Origin: Amoeboaphelidium protococcarum X5
Taxonomy: Eukaryota; Fungi; Aphelidiomycota
Direction of reading: 5' to 3'
NCBI GenBank assembly: GCA_023515725.1
Contig: JALDTO010000083.1
Span: 1 to 46,863 of the forward strand
DNA length: 46,863 nucleotides
Within the stretch, counting starts at the first letter, position 1; each line of letters opens with the position of its first letter. The notes under the pieces are model-generated. The model did no database searches, was not told where the DNA came from, and saw only the letters and a list, made by a program, of their open reading frames with translations. Of this stretch, positions 1 through 13,845 are shown in pieces. Both the position numbers and the translations under genes were made by a program.

Positions 1-519
1 ACCTGATAACTGAATATGAAAATTAGAAAAACGCATGAACTAAAAAGATTAGTGCAAGTGGCCTAGAAAATCTGTATAATGCGTGTTTTGATGAACAGTC
101 GAGATGCTCAGCGTGGCATGCTAAGAATAAATAGCCCATCAAATGTGATCGATCACCTCCTGATCAAAAATCAACCTGCAATCAAACGTTAAATCCAAAA
201 AGGACATTTGAAAAAAATTCTTCATTACATCATTAATCGTTAATGAAGAAGACTTACCTGTAAATCAACAGCAAAATAATGGTGCAAATTTCAAAGGTTA
301 ATAAAAATGATTAGGACCTAGACCGAAGAACTGTTACTTTATTTGAATCTGCTGGAAATGATATTACGATTGCATAAAATTTAGATGCCGTCTTGCAGAC
401 CGCCGGATTTGAACACATTAGCTCATAGTTTCTCTTTTGTCATAACCATTTATCATGACAAGGAGTACTTAAATAATGCTTAATTATTGAGTTATTCCCA
501 ATGCTCGAACGGATACGTA

Positions 520-1790
520 ATTGAGTGATTTAAAATTTCCTGAAAGCCGCTAATCCCGCTTTTGCGTCCATTAGTATTGAGGAATCTTTACTGGCACAAC
601 TGCCTGCGAATGGTATACCTGCGGAAGTTCTGCAAAAGATCATAGTCTAAATCAGTAAAGCAAAGCGAGACTCGGGTCTTCATTAAGCTGCAGATGAACT
701 TGAATCTACATGTTATTTAATTTAATGCATAGTTAAGACTCTGACTGTTTAGCATTGCGCCCCTGGTTTGAACGCTCCCGATAAGTTGCGATTGAAAAGT
801 ACCAATAACGTATTCATTAAGGAATCTACTATGTAAAAGGCCATTTCAGAGTTCACATATCCGTTGTTTTTTCCATAAGTCATTCCATATCTGTTTTGGA
901 ACGGTGAAGAAGATTTTAATCGTTAAAGGCCTGTTTGTGTATAGATGGGAGAATGGTTAGAGCCCAAGTTGTCATTTGTATCCTCACGTTTTTGCTCTCA
1001 TCCTGCTTTTGTGGCTATAGCGTCTAACACAGTTTCTCGTCATGATAACGTTAAAAATTGCAAGCCTCTTGTTGGTAATGGGATTTTACAGAAGCATATT
1101 GTGAGATTCATTACGCGAATTCTGAGATAGCGTGTTTAGTCCGGTAGATGCTAGCGTATTATAGATGGCTAGAGATCACACCATATTGACCTAAGATTTA
1201 TGTTGTAATTGCCTCCAACGGTGGAACGCGTAATCAGCTATCATAATATTAGATTGCAAAATCTTATTAACAACAACTTGATAATTGAAATTCAAGCCAC
1301 GGGCTTGTTATAAGTCCTAATTATTATCATTTGATGCAAATAGAATCGTTAGGGGTGGCATGCAAGAATTACCCAACGTGGTGTAGCTTGCTGCCGTAAT
1401 GCGCTGTGTTATAGTTGCCAATTTACATTACAATCAAGACATTTAAAATGTGGTATGTTTGGTGTGGTGCGAAGAATTGCAGCTAATATTGCATCTGCTT
1501 TTGTGGATTTTGATCACTTTCCGGGATTAGAGTTTGAAACGCCGTAGTATCCTATGATGGATTCATCCACTGGATTTTGCCGCATATAGTTTCCTATAGT
1601 CCTTGGTTATGCGGCCACTATTCACAAAGTTTAATCTTAAACTGTTGCCGGTTGAAAATCGAATCGAATCCCTTGTTTGCTCATGGCCTTGGCCAGTCAG
1701 CTGTTGGACGTGTTACAGAAATGCGTAATGTTCGTCTTGTTGGAAGTTTTAATCTCAGCGATTTGTTATGTGAAATGACGAGGAAGTTTA
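520..1790 (+). mobile_element. Decayed, internally deleted Helitron (Helitron2/Helentron-like) Rep-helicase relic A
   Basis: Frameshifted fragments in table 6. FLKAANPAFASISIEESLLAQLPANGIP (~537-620) is DUF6570-like. IPYLFWNGEEDFNRQRPVCVQMGEW...RFCSHPAF (~880-1010) is Helitron_like_N. LPNVVQLAAVMRCVIVANL, CRIQFPIVLGYAATIHKVQSQT (1578-1643) and FAHGLGQSAVGRV match the PIF1 helicase C-terminus. Contains TGA stops and frameshifts; boundaries approximate. Confidence 0.8.
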
Positions 1791-1899
1791 CACGTATTAT
1801 GAAGAAAAAGGAATTGACTTATGGAGTTAATTCATCATTGATTAATAATGCGTTCATATGTTTACAATAGAGTAGTTAGTTTTTACTTAATTTGGATTT

Positions 1900-3450
1900 T
1901 AAGCAAAGTATGCATCTTTATTTGTAGGGTGCATGCCACGCAAATAGTCATCTTACGGATATTCAGCTTGTCTTCGTACTGATGTAGTAGTCCAAAGCAG
2001 CAATTGTTCATAAAATTTATCTCCAGATGATATGGGAAAAAGTATGAACGCACAGCTACCTGTTTTCTCAGGTTTGAATACACCATTTATCCATTTTACT
2101 TTTACGTGACTCTTACACGTCGGTAAAAATCAGGATACTTATATGGATGATATCTTCCAGGCCTGTCCAAATATCTTGCAATTTTATTTTCATAAAATAT
2201 ATCCGTAGAATCATCGGGCAACTCTTCCAAACCGCGTAATGGTTTTAACACACCATGTTAGTATGATTGAAGGACTGGTGGTGTATATTTCACGTCTTAA
2301 GTTGACGTATCTGTTCCATAACCCATGATTAGATATGACAGCATAGTTGTATGGACTTACCGATTATCAAAATATACTCTAAGAGAAGTACGAATCTAAG
2401 TGTCATTGTTATTTGCAATGACAAATGCAGGATTCTCTAAAGCAGTTTCAGCTTTTGAACAGTATTTGGTAACATACTCTTCAATTTTCCCTTCAGGCAC
2501 ATATTAGGCATTCATAGATCCGCCCCAGCACAATAACATCTCATCAATGCAGTTGACTAATCTTATATCAAATTAGCAAATTGACTTGTATCTGATATTC
2601 TAACCAACAAGCTCAGTTTAATTTTGATGCTGACGCGGAAAGCCAAATCTGCATCTACCATTAACCAAACAATAAGCTCCACATTGATGCTATTAATATT
2701 GAAACAAATGTTGGAACAATTCTCGCGACACTCCATCAGCAGAACTCCTGAGGATATTATTATCAATCATCTAATTGATGCTACAGTATGTCCTGTTTTT
2801 ATTACTGTATCACGTGCATGTAGAGCTATCCGTTTCGTCCTGTCTCTAAAACCGCATGTGCCCATTTGATTCCACCAACTTTTCTAGCCAAAACACCTTC
2901 AAAATGTATTCATGATAAAACTTATGCCACCTTCTTTTAAACGATTATGCATACAATACTGGTGTATCATTTACAGAAGTATTTTAACCATTGACCAGAG
3001 CGATTTATTCAGCAATTGAGTCCCATCCGTATAAATTACTTGAGAATGTTAGGAACAAGGTAGGAGCTCCAAAGTCATTGCAAACACTCAGTAGATCCAA
3101 ATAATTCGATACCTTGTAGGAAGCACTTAAACGAAAGGCAGCAGACACTGGCACAATTGTCAATGCATTGTAACGAACATTACCTCCTATATTCATTATG
3201 ACTTCAGTATTAGTGAGCGGTCTTACATTGTCCGAAGGATCTCGGGCTTTATGACATAGATGTTAATATACACGTTTTAGCTCCATCTCAGTAAATATAA
3301 AATATAGGAATACTGCATCATTTCGGTACTGGAAATGGCTTCCATACATTCTTAAGCGAATCCATTGCTGCATTGTTATATTACCATTATGTGGCAATTG
3401 ATCTTGACTATCAAATAGATGTGTGAATGCCCATATCCACAAAAGATTAG
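1900..3450 (-). mobile_element. Decayed Helitron relic B (HUH Rep region)
   Basis: Minus strand motifs: WAFTHLF, QWIRLRM...RNDAVFLYFIF, DLLSVCNDFGAPTLFLTFSSN...W (Rep motif 1, ~3020-3100), ETGRNGQLYMHV (degenerate HUH, ~2812-2848), EYVTKYCSKAE (Y2 motif, ~2447-2480), then LEELPDDSTDIFYENKIARYLDRP. Boundaries approximate; no termini identified. Confidence 0.8.
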
Positions 3451-4076
3451 CGGATGATATTACGCTATTGTAACGTCTCTATTATTCAGTAGATTATAGC
3501 CAATGTCAGTTACCAAAGAGTTTGCAATGTATGGAATTGTTGTCGGCAAAGGAGATCACATCGGTGTAATTCACGAGGAGTCAAATGTAGAAACACTTTG
3601 TAGAGGCATCCCCATCAATAATGTAGATTAAATTTAGTTCAATATAGCAATTTTTAATCTATACACCGATAAGCATTTTAATGCAAAGATAGCGGGCCAA
3701 AATCGTTAAAATAGAAAGATCTATGATCAATTGCTTACCCATTGTTTCAACAAACGGCCTAGCAACGACGTGTAGTAACAGATCTTAGCAATCAACTCTC
3801 ATTACCCTGATGTTTCATTAAAATTGAGCAACTTTTGGTGAAGACACCACATTACTAGCAAACCATTGGTGGAGTTATCTAATCTTATTCCATAGTTGAA
3901 CGACCCACATATCAATGTTAAGATTTCGTTTCGCGCATCGTTGACTGACTGATGGTCTGATGGTAAAAAAAACGCCCCCGTTTAAGATAAAGCATACGAG
4001 GGAAAGTGAAAGAGGTTTAAAGCATGATAGCATAAAGATACATCTTGATTTACGTGATAGATCTATACTCATGTGT

Positions 4077-5468
4077 TCATCCAAAAAGCTTTATGTAATC
4101 GTTTACACAGTAAGGTTTTCCATCGCGTTCTTTAAATGTCGAGGCCCCACCTCCGCCAGTTGTAAGTTGCTTCTTACAGAAGGCACATACGAAATGCTCT
4201 GGATGAAACTTCTTTCCAATCGCCGTTAGACATCTTCCAATAATAGGCTTCGAGCAACTAGCGCACAGACTGCCTCTTGCGGCATGATAATGCTTTTCAC
4301 AGTACGCCTTTCCGTTGTAATCATAGAAAGAGCCACTCTGTGTCAACTGAATGTTGCATCCAGATTCCGCGCAAATAAAACAATCACTGTGAAATGATTT
4401 ACCAAGTGCCGAGACAACCTCCTCCATAATCGGCTTATCGCAGGTTGCACATTTCGGTGCAAACATACTATAATAATCTTCTTCGCAATACGCCTTGCCA
4501 TCCTTCTCCAGAAATGATGTACCAGGCGGGAACTGCTTTCCACACTGACTGCAGAAGAAGTGATCTGGGTGCCAACTCTTATCAAGCGCGTTAATACATC
4601 GCCCTTTGATGGCTTCATTACAGAAGGCACACTTTGGCAGCATAAAATTTTCATTCATGCACTTCTCACACCATGGCTTGCCAAGCTTTTCAAAAAATAT
4701 CTGCCCATTCAGCAATGTTTTGCACTATGCACATCTGAAATGACTCTCGTGGAATGTCTACCCCAGAGCCTGCACCTTTTACTGACTGTCAGTGACTGGC
4801 TGGAGACAATCAGCGCACATAGAAGCAGAATCCTACACTGATGGCGTCGCGAAACTCACATTGCCACCATGCTGTATAGGATATGGTAAATTCGGCGTTA
4901 GTGACGCTGCATTAGGACGTATATGTTGTTACTGTTGCTAATCAGCAGCATTCAGTTGTCGACCAGATGGAACAAAAGCATCTTTAAATCCAGGCTGAGT
5001 GCTTGTAGACGGACTGTTCGGAATAGCACCAATTATAGAGGCCAGACTCTGATGAGCATCATCTTTAATATCATCTTGATTATTATCGTGATGATGGTCA
5101 TGATGGTGTTGATGATGTTAATCATTGTTGTAATTACCCTTGCCATTTGCCTGTTTTTACTACAATAATACCGGGCGTGAAGTTCTTACAGCGGTGCTCG
5201 TGGAATTTGCTGCTTTAGCCTGAGCCAACGGCGCCGGAGGTGAAATCATCGAATCCCTTCCCAACAAGCTGGACCCTTCCAAATCTAACAGCAGACTATC
5301 CAAGTCCACAGACTGTGTCATCATACTTCTATTATCCATTATCACAGAGTCAACAGGCGGTCTAGCAGCATTACTCGACTGTTACTTCTACTGCTATTAC
5401 TGAGTAGCAGCGGCAACCTGTACCGCATGGTTGGACAAATCATTCAGCAAATCATCCAAATCATCCAT
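4077..5468 (-). CDS. PXN: Paxillin-like protein: N-terminal LD motifs plus four C-terminal LIM domains (463 aa, single exon)
   Basis: Starts MDDLDDLLNDL (LD1-like), with a second LD motif VDLDSLLLDLE. Four CxxC...HxxxF/C...CxxC LIM repeats (CADC, CAFC, CATC, CASC), ending YIKLFG-TGA. 1392 nt open in table 6. Confidence 0.92.
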
Positions 5469-6037
5469 ATTGTGTTACAACTATGACAACGGTGTAGAAA
5501 GCTTTAGTTTGTGTGAATGACTAGTAAGAGCTAATATATAAACTACAAGTGACTCTAAAAGACTTTAAATTATTTATTCACAGAATTTGAGTTGATGATG
5601 ATAATAATAACGCTAATTATAAAAGTGGACCAAGTAACTAGGCTCAAGCGACTGTTGCTAAGCAATCTGCGGAGGCTGGCATACACGGCTCTACTAAATT
5701 TAGACACGACGCGTTCTCTTATTGTCTTTTTGAAAAGTCTGTATTATTTCCAAACAGATACGTTGACATGCATCGTTGCATGATTTCAGTCAAAACATTC
5801 TGTATTATTAATGGTACACTTGGATACATTGCCTTTACCAACAGTCCATTCACGCAAACGAATTCTGCTAAATCAAATGCTTTTGAAACGACGCGGGAAT
5901 CTTTCCTTTCCATTTTAAATCTTTTAAATTTTAAATACAAAGATAGACTAAAAAGCTGTCATTCATTACTTTTCAATATATCATTATCAGCATTCCAAAA
6001 TATACCTGAAGTTGTAAAATTAATTAATTTTGGGGAA

Positions 6038-9000
6038 ATGATAAATCAGCTTGTCTAATAGTTAAAGTTGAGAGAGGTGCCCAAATTGTTTGTGCTCGAA
6101 GAGTTGAATAATGAACTGTCACTGCTGAGTGAGGAAATGTTGGCCACGGTCAATGTCTCGGACTGTATAAAGACGCTGAGTAAAATTCTAGTTCATGGAC
6201 AAGCTTACTCTTTGGATTAGTCTACTGCTCATACTGTCCATTAGTAATCAGGTGGTGGAGAAGGTGAGAGTGAGTTCTCCGATGCACAGTCTGACTATTC
6301 CACTGTGGATCGGCATGGTGATGCGATGATGATGATGACGTCTGGCGTTCAGGGTGGCCATGATGGCTATGATGACGCCAACCAGCCAGAATGTCAACTG
6401 TTGGCGTTACGTTGCATCTCTCATCTTTTGGAAACTAATCATCACGCTGTGCTCAATTATATTTATGAAATTATTCCCACAATATGCAAGTAGTTCCTGT
6501 CGCGTTTTGATTACATTGATCTGGTGGAGGCGTCAATTGATTTCCTACACAAGATTCTGTGCTCTAAAGACTCGCTATTATCTGCTAGTAAGACTCTTAT
6601 CAATAGACTGTCACAGATGATGATTAATAATTAAGCGACCAGTGTTATTGGTATGATAGATTTCTTCTCTTTGAGTACTCAGAGGATGATTGTGGCCATT
6701 GGGAGTGTTTGGATGCGGTCGCTGGAGTTGTTATCAGATTTCACCGTATTGGATCAAGTTCTACCTCTGTTCTCATAGCATTTGTCTGCGTAATAGTAGT
6801 CTGATTAGAAATGCACAGAGTATTCTGTTGATGGTTTGTACAATTGCCTTCTCTGTCTGTAGAATATCATGGCTTAATCTGGCAATGCTAATAGTGAGTA
6901 GTTGTTGTAGAAGAAGGATTACGCGTAAAAGTATTTGAAATAGATCTGCGAGAATCAGACGGTGATCAATGCTCTGTTATCTTTATTCAAAGGGCACAGT
7001 AGTCATAGATCTTCCGCTTATGAAGCTAAAATTGGTGAAATTCTAAGCATTTTGTTGAATTAGAGCAAGGAGTCGAAGGTTTTGATGCTGCAAGGTGGAC
7101 TTGTCGACAATCTGTTGTAATGCTTTGGATATAATGATGGTGAGGGAGGTATCGAGGGGGAGTAGGATGATTTTAACGTGGATGACAAATCTGCTGCAGA
7201 CTGGACTATTGTTATTAAGCTCTGTCTTGCTCTTTTACCTGCTGATTCTAACGTTGACTCTTAGTTCAGTGATGCTAACAAGTGGCTTGATACTTTCAAG
7301 ATTAATGTTCGTCAGTATTCGCGTCAGTTTACCGGCAGTTATAGTGAAGTGAAGATGGTACATTATTAGCCAGTGCAGGAACTGTGTCAATCTGGATAAT
7401 CACAAAATAATGCAGAGGAATAGTAGTGGCTGTAGAACATTCTTGACTCTTTCAGTCAAAAGATGCTGAGAGCATTGTTGGAGCTCTTTTCCAGCACCCA
7501 CGTCCTGTCTGTGTAAGTGTTGATTTTACGCGTCGTTTACAGAATTGTGTGGCGGTTCAATTGTTAGATGAAATCAAGTTCAATGGAGAGCTCAGATAAT
7601 AAGTAGCGACTGTCGTTGGCCGATTTGACCCAGTTTGTCATAATAATGGTGACTTAAATGAATAGAACTTTGATGCAAAGCACTGGTTAATCTACAGTGG
7701 TTCTGAGACGATCTACGGTCACTACATCTGCACCTGTTCAGCAGCAGCAGCGACGTGATAGCAATGTGATGGATGTTGATAATGATGAAGAGGCTCCTGT
7801 TCAATCTATGCCCACAAGTCCATTAGAAGCTCCTACTAATGCTTCTGCTGTAGGTGCCTCTACTATTACTAGTACTGCTGCTAGTACTGATATGTCAAAG
7901 ATAAAGCTAACTATCAGTGCCGATACTCTGTAATTTATGGCATACTCTCTGCTCATAGTATACGAATCTGTAAAGTGCCATCAAAGTTTCAAGGTTGAAT
8001 TGGCCAAGTAGGGAGGAATTGAGCAGTTATCAAATTTCTGCATACTGGTATAGTCAGTGACGGATAGAGTGTCGGTAAAGCCAATTGGACAGGCAGAGTA
8101 AAGTGTTACAATCAATGAAGGATTGGAGATCCTCATCAGCTCTATTAACAATGTGCTCAGTGAAGGTCACAGCGGCGATACTGCCCATTCTCAGTCTTTG
8201 TAGCAATCATTGCAGAATCAAGAATAAGGTGTGGTGGATTCCAGTGATGCGTCTGCGGATGAAATGTAGATTGAGGCTGCCGTACAGCAGAGGCAAAAGT
8301 CTGAACTTTGGACCAGATTAAGTTCTTTGGTGCGACAGTTCAACGATCTGATTGCGATTTATATCTTGCGGAACATGGGCGAGGAGTTTAAAGCTATTAC
8401 AGTGGGCGGCGGCGGTGGTGGTGAAGAAGAAGAGATCGTTACGACTTAGATGACGCACCTCTAGACTATTAGTTATCTACTTTCCACAAGTCAGCCTCAA
8501 GATTAGTATAAGTAGGCTTTAAATATGCTTGTTTAAATGCTGGCGTCCAAATCTGATGATCATGTAACTTCGTATGAAATATCGAATTCCTCACTGGTCA
8601 AGAGTTTACTCTAATTCCTGACTGATGTAAAGCTGTGTGATTATCCTCTGGATTAGAGAAGAGTTATGTTTTGTGCTAGTATGTTCTAATCCTAGGGTGC
8701 TAGTGCTGCTTAAAACTTAATCTTGAAGCTGTAGGAGGTTTTATTAAAGTTTGAGGATGAATTTGATATTGTGGCCGCCATGACGAATAGTAGATTTTAT
8801 GAACAGTCTAACCGCAACGTGTAAAGCATCGTAAACACACTGGTGCGCCCAATTAGAATAAAGCTGGTGCCTGATAAGCAGTTTGAGGAGATGTTGCACA
8901 CTGTTCTTGGTGATTAGATTAGCATTTCATCGCTGGGCATCAATTCATACACTATCAGCGTTTAGTGTATTGCGTAGTTCTAATCTGTCAAAGACTTTAT

Positions 9001-11641
9001 GCTTCCTAAGCTGAGCGCGTATTTTAATAAGCTCAATCAGGTAATTGAAGAGAAGTAGGCGTCTTATGGGCGACGTCGTCGAAGCCGCCAAGCCGTGGAT
9101 ACTGTTGATTCACCAGCCGCCGCTCTATCGGCTGATTCTTAGTAGTCATCGACTGGAATTAGTACCAGCAATAGACTTGCAGAAGACTATGATGGTGATG
9201 ATTATTATACGGAAGAAGACGATGATGAGGCAGAGTTGATTCAACATCCCTCTGGTCAGCGATAAACTGATAGATTGAGAAAAGATAGCAGCGTCGTATT
9301 TGATATCGATCCTGACAGGAACAATAATTAGTCTAGTTTATCATCATCATCACCCTAGTAGTCATAAGATGGAGCTGATGGTGTTTCTTCGAATTAATCT
9401 AATCATTCTGGTGCTAGCGAATAAAAGTCCACGTCAAGATCTTACTCTGCAGCAGTTCAAAAGAGCAGTAAAGATTGGTCACTTTAGTTTACTCTGGACA
9501 CTATGCAGATTGAGACTGACATGACGCTTTATGGTGCTGTACATCGCTATGAGAAGCAATAATAATAGCTGAGTAACTAAACTCCCGGTGGTAATAATAA
9601 TAATCAATAGAATTCAGGTGAAAATAGCAGTGGTAATGCGGTTAGTGTAGCGTAGAGTCTAATGAGATAGTTTGGAGCTAATTTCTTTGGTATGCCGCTG
9701 GATTTTATTGAACGTTAACAATCTAGTCAATCTGGCTCAGTGGATGTCTTTCATAAGACTTACACCATAGTGTATAAGCCTGTTAACATGAAGGAGTAGT
9801 AGCAATTGGCTCAGAACAGTCGCAGAAGATCAGCAGAAGTCAATAATGATCCTATTGACGTCCTGCTCTCTCCTAGTCCGTCCACTAATACTCCGATGGA
9901 ATACCAATCTCTCATTTCCCCATTAAATATCCCCTCTACGGATGTCAAATCTTCGGATGCGGTACAAGATTCCCTCTAGCCACAGTGCTTGGATACTTTG
10001 AATCTGTTGAATGTACTACATGATATGTTCGTCAAACAGCCATTGCATGAAGTGGATCCCGAATCTGATGATAGTAACAGGGCAGCGGTACCTGTTCGAC
10101 TATTTTAAAATAAAAAGATTTCAGCTAAATTGAGGAGATAGATGCAAGATATTTTGATAGTGTCGAGTGGTCTGTCGCCATCTTGGTGTAATTGGCTTAG
10201 CACGTCGCATGGCTATTTATTCTCACTGTAGGATCGCTTGGATTATCTGCACAGTGTCTGTTATAACACTCAGCGTGCCCTTATGAGATGGCAGTAGAAA
10301 ATGTCTGGTAAGCATCCAGAGATCGCATAGGAGAACATTGGCCGTCTGTCGCGTCAGAAGGTGAGAATAAGCCGAGAGAAGGTTTTTGAGTCTTCGATAA
10401 AATTGATGGACTTGTACGGCGCTAACAACAAGTTTATGATGGAAGTTGAGTTCTTTGACGAGGTTGGTAGTGGCAATGGGCCAACGTTGGAATTCTTCTC
10501 TATAGTCAGTCTTCATTTCTAGAGGTTGGAGTTGCAAATGTGGCACTGCTCATAACCAATGTCGATCGTGGGCGATACCGCTTACGTGTCGTCCCGCGGT
10601 GGTCTCTACCCTTGTCCGCTGCATATTAACATGAACAGTTCCCGCTAAAGTCAGGAATCTAATTCAACTACCTCCAATTACAGCAAAGTATTGTTATACT
10701 TTAGAACTCTGGGTACCTTTGTGGCCAAGGCAATGTTTGATTTCAGATTGATTAATGTTCCCTTCAGTTAATTGTTCATCGAGAGACTCGTAATGGATGA
10801 TCCTATTCCTAAGGATGCTAGACCTGTCAGATTTACCGCAGGCAAGAACAACTAGAAAGCTCTCGCGTACTTGATGCAATAGCTCAAGTTGATTTATCAG
10901 ATTGACTTTGAACTTGCCCAGTCTCTCGCGTATATTGCAGACTTCTGTCAGAGGAAAGTGTAATTGATGGAAAATAACTCAGATGAGTACTCCCCATCTC
11001 TTTTGAAAGACGATGGTGGGGCGTCGGTGGAAGATCTGATGCTGACCATGGTGGTTCCCGGCTACGATAGTATTGAGTTGATTAGAGATGGTGCACAGAC
11101 CCTGGTGACATCGGACAATGTGGAGTAGTACTTATCGCGAGTTATTGATGCTTTTGTATACCGCGGAATTGAACAATAGTTGGAAGCATTTCGCAGTGGG
11201 TTCTGCCGCGTGTTTGATATCAGAAAACTAAGAATATTTTCATCCGCTGAAATCTAGTCCATGTGGAGTCAACAGAAATGGGATGGGCCGTGGTAGAAGA
11301 ATGTTATCACAGACGCGTTGAAGATTGACCATGGCTACAGTAGAGATAGTGAGCAAGTGGAGTGGTTTGTCGAGATTATGCACCAGTTTGATTAGAAGTA
11401 GCAGTCGAGTTTCCTCCAATTCATCACTGGTGCTCCAAAGTTGCCTATTGGTGGATTCAAAGCTCTTAATCCTCCACTAACCATCGTGGCGAAGACTTGT
11501 GATAATCCAGACAAGTACCTGCCTAGTGTAATGACTTGCGTTAATTATGTAAAACTGCCTCGCTATACATCTCCGGACATTATGAAGTAGCAGTTGTTAT
11601 ACGCCATGAGTGAAGGCCAAGGAAGTTTTCATCTGTCATGA
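6038..11641 (+). CDS. UFD4: HECT E3 ubiquitin ligase, Ufd4/TRIP12 family (~1867 aa)
   Basis: 5604 nt frame open in table 6. ARM-like N-terminus ([16 protein letters not shown]), [48 protein letters not shown], catalytic [14 protein letters not shown] and C-terminal [12 protein letters not shown]. Start codon uncertain because the frame stays open upstream. Confidence 0.93.
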
Positions 11642-11802
11642 GTTGGATGATTAAGATTTGCCCCTTAACAATTATAATATCAATGCACGTATTAGTAACC
11701 ACTATGGAAAAGAATACAATTTCAAACTTTTAACCTTGCTCCTTACTATCTCCATTTTATTTTTTTAATTTCATTTTATAAGTTATAACAAAGAATGTCA
11801 AA

Positions 11803-13633
11803 TCACTCGAGTAGAGACTCGCCAGTCATTTCTTCCGGCTGAGTGAGACCCATAATCTTCAAGATTGTTGGACCAACATCGCATAGAGCACCGCCAGTCT
11901 CCACAACACTTTCTCCCTCGCCACCATCGGACTTGAATCCAAGACCGCCCTTCAACTTGGCCGGTTATTGCAGTAATGAAGACGCTTTAAAGTTGGCGAT
12001 GATCAGGGGAACACGAGCACATGTATGAGCAGTGTGTGGAGTACCGTCTTCGGCTACCATCTTCTCGGCATTACCATGATCGGCAGTGATAATCAGCACG
12101 TAGCCGTTCTCTTTACAAGCTTCGTAAATGATACCGATAGCCTTATCTGTAGCTTCAATAGCCTTCAAAGCAGGTTCATACTTGCCAGTGTGGCCCACCA
12201 TATCTGGTGCGGCGAAATTGCACATGACAAATGGATACAATTCTCTGCCATCTGTTGTCGCCGAATCTTCTTTATTAAAAGACAATGGGGTTGGAGCAGA
12301 GGCGAACATTTACCCATCAGCATACGAGGCAGCGCGACCATCACGAAGAGCTCTGGCAACAGCCTCACCCACCTCAATAGAACTCATCTCCGGCTTCAGA
12401 TCGTAAGTGGCCACTCCTTTCGGACTAGGTACCATCAATCTATCCTCACCCGCATACTGCTTCTCCGTACCACCGTTGAAGAAGAAGGTGACGTGCGCAT
12501 ACTTTTCCGTCTCTGCCACATGCAGTTGAGGCAACTTATTCTACGCAATAACCTCAGACAGAACGTTGGTCATCTTCTGTGGTGGAAACATCACCTCATA
12601 CGGAAAATCAGCCTTGTATTAAGTCATGGTGATGATATGAAGTCCTGAGCGTTCATGCTCCATCTCAAACGGATACTGCGCCTACTCCTATTTACTATCC
12701 CCAAACAACTTTCCAAATACCTACATGATCTATCGCATTCTATCTGATCTGTAATTGAAAAAGATCAGAGTATCGTCATCCTTCACACACCCATCGCGAT
12801 TGACAATAATTGGCTTCAGGAACTCGTCAGTCTCCTAGGCATTCTCATAACGATCAACTTCAATCAAATGAACAGGATCCGTGGTAGATTCGCCAACACC
12901 AGCCACAATAGCATCATACGCCAACTTGATACGTTCCCACCTCTTGTCGCGATCCATGGCGTAGTAGCGTCCCTCAATTGTCGCAATCTGACCATATCCA
13001 CCAAGATCTTGCTTCATATAATTGAGCAAGTCCTTCAAGTAACCCACTGCACTCTTTGGCGATGTATCTCTACCATCTGCAAAGAAGTGAACATACGCAT
13101 CTCTGATACCGGCATCTTTAGCGGAGCGTAATAGACACTTTAAATGATTCATATGCGAGTGGACACCACCATCACTGACCAGTCCAAGGAAATGTATTCT
13201 ACCGCCGCTCTTCTACTTGGCATTATCGAAAGCCTTCTTGAGAGCAGGTGCATCCTTCAGCGTGTTCTTCTTCACCGCCAGATCTATGCGCACAATGTCC
13301 TAGTACACGATTCTACCGGCTCCGATATTCAAATGTCCAACTTCAGAGTTGCCCATTAAGCCCTGCGGTAGACCAACACTAAGACCATGAGCAGCGATAG
13401 TAGTATAGAGTGAATCTACAGTCTTGTCGCCGCTGGCCAAGCGGGTCATCACTGGAGTTGACGCATTTGCAATAGCATCTCCCTGCAGTGGCTTCTCAGG
13501 CACTGGCTCATTTACGCCCCATCCATCTACATCGCATGCGATAAAGTTTAAAGATTAACGAATATATAAGAACGAAATGGCAATTAATATAAGACTTACC
13601 TATAGCAATAAGGCAAACTTTGGATTGTGTCAT
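11803..13633 (-). CDS. gpmI: 2,3-bisphosphoglycerate-independent phosphoglycerate mutase; exons 13600-13633 and 11803-13526
   Basis: [11 protein letters not shown]|DGWG across a GT-AG intron (13527-13599). Motifs [72 protein letters not shown] and HTAHT. 586 codons. Confidence 0.96.
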
Positions 13634-13845
13634 TATAGATGGCTTATTCTTAAAGTTGTATGATCTTCACTTTGATTACGCCAAATGGAAATGCTGTAAA
13701 GATCTCTCTCGCTTGTACAGGGCGATCGATCTAATCGCGTTCGCTCTTCATGACTCAAATGCTCACTATCCTTCTCATCTTCAATTGGCATTTATAAAAT
13801 TCATAAATTTAACTAAAGTAAGTAAATCAATATCATTATAGATAA

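Noticed and set aside
5590-6037. Upstream in-frame extension of the HECT gene, or a separate minus-strand ORF at 5719-5940
   Set aside because: No recognisable motifs, AT-rich, and it lies in the divergent promoter region. Open frames are common with a single stop codon. The true start needs transcript data.
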